From the NCBI GenBank assembly GCA_964016885.1, contig OZ024743.1:57846001-57910000 (forward strand): DNA of 64,000 nt. Direction: 5' to 3'. Under the pieces are notes generated by a model, which did not search any database, was not told where the DNA came from, and saw only the letters and a list, made by a program, of their open reading frames with translations. The position numbers were made by a program, and so were the translations under genes. The first letter of the stretch is position 1, and the number at the start of each line of letters is the position of its first letter. The DNA comes from Eledone cirrhosa (Eukaryota). Positions 60,800-64,000 of the stretch are shown here, piece by piece.

Positions 60800-61050
60800 A
60801 CTAAAGGTGGAAAACTGGGAGAGGGCACTTGCCTTGGTGGTCAGGGTCATTGTGGCTTTTCACTGGGCTTTCTCCACAAATGTCCCTCCGAAGTCTCCCC
60901 ACTATTGGGGAATTTTTCATTGTTATTTTTTGTTACATCCTCTGTTTTTGTTTTTTACACGCAGAAATGCCCATTTGTACCGTCCTGCATTGTCCTGCAC
61001 TGTCCTTAATGTCTACTTTATGTAAACCCTTGTGGTTAATAAAGAAATCA

Positions 61051-61054
61051 TTAT

Positions 61055-61121
<67 letters not shown>

Positions 61122-61262
61122 TATAGAAGAATATAATGGAGGTAGAGGAAGAGAAAGAAGAAGAAGAAGAAGAAGAAGAAGAAGAAGAAGAAGAAGAAGA
61201 AGATGAAGAAGAAGAAGAAGAAGAAGAAGAAGAAGAAGAAGAAGAAGAAGAAGAAGAAGAAG
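61051..61262. repeat. (TAG)n and (GAA)n tracts
   Basis: Direct inspection. Confidence 0.9.
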
Positions 61263-62075
61263 AGATGGAGGAGGGGGAGTAGAGATGAGAATAAAAGTGA
61301 GAGGAAGAGGTAGCAGGACAGATGAGACTACAAGAGAGGGAAAGGAGAAGGTGCCGACGGAAGTACGAGGAATGAGGAGGAGAGGGGGGTGAAAGTGAGA
61401 GAAAGGAGGGCGACGGAGGAGTTGGAAACAAATATGGAAAATAAATAAGGGGAGGGAAAGGAAGAAATAAATAAATAACATAAAGAAAGGATAATACTAT
61501 ATATGTGAAGGGAGGAGTGGGAGGTGCAGTAGGAGGTGGAGAGGAAAATTAAGCTGACGTAAACTAAAGAAAAAAGAATAATAAAAAGAATGAGGAGGGG
61601 TATGAGTAGAGGAAGGATAGAGGATTAGATGTGGAGTGGAGTGTGAAATGAGGAGTGTGAAGTGATTGAGATGTGTTAATCGATAAATAATGAATGATTT
61701 AAACGAATCACACTGAAAATATAACGAAAATGATTTTAAAATAAATTAGTTTTGAACATAGGAATTCAGAAAATATATTTTTGAATATTGTACAATAAAT
61801 GGTGAGGTGCAGTGATGTTCCAATGCATCGCTATCCCCGGTCAATGCATTCTCCATCGTGTCGGCCGGGACCCAGAGCCGGAGGATCCTTGTTCGGACGT
61901 CATTTTTACACATGTATTGAGGAGTGCCTTTCTTTAACTGTTGTATCTTTTTATTCATCATATTTATCCGGTGGCTATGATCTTTCTTAATCTTCTGTTC
62001 TGCACGAAACCGCATCAAGGGAGAAAACTCTAGCCCCTGTCACTATCGTTCTTTTCCGGATATGATGCCTGTGAA

Positions 62076-62410
62076 GGCGCATGGCTTAGTGGTTAGAACT
62101 TTTTGGTTTGCAATCGTGAGGTTGTGAATTCGACTCCTGGAACGGCTGATCCATTGTGTCCTCGAGCAAGAAACTTTATTTCACGTTTCTCCAGTTTACT
62201 CAGCTGTATAAATGAGTTGCAGTGTCACTGATGCCAAACTGTGTTGGCTTTTGATTTTCCCTTGGACATCATCAGTGGTGTGGAGAGAGTAGGCTAGTAT
62301 ACATGGGCGACTGCTGGTCTTTCACAGTCAACTTTGTCGGGGCTTATGTCTCGGAGGGGAAATTTCTGGGTGCAAATCCCATGGGCATTCGTGATCGAAA
62401 CGGATCATTA
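62076..62410 (+). mobile_element. Full-length tRNA-derived SINE of a second family
   Basis: GGCGCATGGCTTAGTGGTTAG A box, GAATTCGACTCC B box, TGTGTCCTCGAGCAAG...CTCAGCTGTATAAATGAG core, AT-rich tail. Confidence 0.75.
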
Positions 62411-62609
62411 CTTTTTATTTTTATTATTATGCTTGCTTCAAAGCATTGAGGTACATAGGCCCTTTCATATAATGGACTTGAACACACGCAGTGTTTGATT
62501 TATGTGTACGGTTGGGAAAACAATATACCGCGTAATCCTTCTGAATTTATTTTCACATTTTCAAAACTCAATGCTTAAAACATTTAACATCTTCTACCGC
62601 ATGAAACAT

Positions 62610-63720
62610 CGTTAGCAAGAGGTCCTTGAGACGTACAAAACAGCATTATGACTCCATCATGTTATAAAGTAAAGTCTTTACTCTAATAGAGCAAATTTTC
62701 TCAATACCCTGTTCAGTAGTATATATACTATAAACAATTGAATTAACAAAGCCGCATTTAGGTATTTTCTGCTAAATAATTCAGAGTTCCCACTACAGAA
62801 ATACTATCACAACTGTGAAACATTGTGGATTGGGGGTATCGGTAGAGGGTCGGAACCTATGCTTTGCAGCAAAGAGTTACGGCTCTTTATGGTCTGAGTT
62901 CAAATACCGCCGAGGTTAACTTTGCCTTTCATCCTTACAGGGTCGATAAAATAAAGTACCAGTAATACACTGGGATAATTGCTGGTGTTATGCCAAAAGT
63001 AGAAACAAATATTAGCTATGATAACTCTTAATGTTCTGTATCGTATGAAACCATATTAGCAAACGGTTCTTGAAAATTACAAAACAGCACTATCACAGCA
63101 TCGCATAACAACTTAAAATCTTTAGTCTAATACTGTAAACTTTTACAATCATCAGTTCACTAGTAAATAAACATGAAGCTACGCTAGCAAGATCTTCTCG
63201 AAAAACATAAAACAACAATGTGATTGTATCTCATTAAAAATTTGACATTTCTAAAATATAGTAAATTTTCAAAACAAACTTTTTTAGTGATATAGTAAAG
63301 ATATTTTAAACATTAGAATTATCAAACTAAGGTGCATGCATATATTTCTGCTAAATCGTCACCGGATATTAAGAATTAAAATTGCATATTGTCGCATCAA
63401 TCTGTCCGCTAGTAAAGACACTATAAACATTTGAATTAACAAACTCACATTTATCTATTTTGTCCTAAACCATTACAAAATATTAGAAATTAAATCAGAA
63501 AATTTCCACTCGAATCTATCTGCTAGTAAAGAGACTATAAGCATTAGAATTAATAAACTCAAGTATATATGTTTTCTGCTAAATCACTACAAGATAAGAA
63601 TTAATACTGCAAATGTCCACACCAATCTGTTCACAAGTAATGACATTATAAATATTTGAAATAAGAAACTCACATTGAGCTATTTTCTGCTAAACAATTA
63701 CAGGATATGAAGAATTAATT
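62610..63720. repeat. Decayed satellite with units of about 128 and 115 bp, interrupted by a SINE
   Basis: AGTAA(A/T)GA at about 63294, 63411, 63525, 63636 and recurrent TTTCTGCTAAA; TAGCAA..CTTGA..AAAACA at about 62612, 63057, 63185. Confidence 0.7.
62825..63010 (+). mobile_element. Major SINE copy
   Basis: High similarity to 4669-4858. Confidence 0.85.
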
Positions 63721-64000
63721 GTGTTCTTTGTTGTACTTGTGATAAATGATAGAATCATTAGTTCAACCTCCTCTATCTATTAAAATCAATTGTTTATAAA
63801 TAGAAACAACTGAATGATTGCACCGAATATTTCGCATCTATTCATGTTTTGCTGCCACAGATTGGAATCTGGTAAATTTTCATAGAAACCTGCTAAGCAA
63901 GCAGTTTTGTTGGGGTTCTTTGCCGTTTTTGTGTTTTACTGTTATTTCTTATTTATTTTTCCAATTCTCCAGATAAAGAAAGAATTTGTCAGATAAGATC

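Larger units (their letters stand above)
55028..61050 (+). mobile_element. Near-intact full-length L1/Tx1-clade LINE
   Basis: 5'UTR, ORF1, ORF2 (APE-RT-CCHC), 3'UTR with AATAAA at 61038. Embedded in (ATT)n/(TAG)n. Confidence 0.92.

Noticed and set aside
61746-62018. 90-aa ORF
   Set aside because: No recognisable domain; possibly a decayed LINE end.

Overview
AT-rich, microsatellite-saturated eukaryotic DNA. The SINE families and repeat content suggest an octopod cephalopod (inference). There are no prokaryotic features and at most the last two coding exons of one host gene (1-118, 5321-5354; weak). Almost all ORF-track entries are (TA)n/(CA)n/trinucleotide artefacts. Real coding content is retroelement-derived: a near-intact L1/Tx1 LINE (55028-61050, ORF2 broken by one stop); a decayed R4/Dong-type RLE LINE (about 11700-15495); six CRE-type RLE 3' fragments; three RTE 3' ends; an internally deleted mariner; and a Penelope-like GIY-YIG fragment with 1.07-kb inverted arms. 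Small hAT, Tc1 and Helitron-like elements and many tRNA-derived SINEs are also present. The main discovery is structural. The short unique islands between (TA)n runs are at least 8 unrelated families of fold-back elements carrying type I hammerhead ribozymes (HHRs), read by eye. They include a circularly permuted, tandem, about 478-nt retrozyme-like unit, U3-A8 core variants and U-U helix II variants. Their fold-back junctions fall on ribozyme helix II, other pre-existing hairpins or microhomologies, and the elements nest inside each other's (TA)n tracts.
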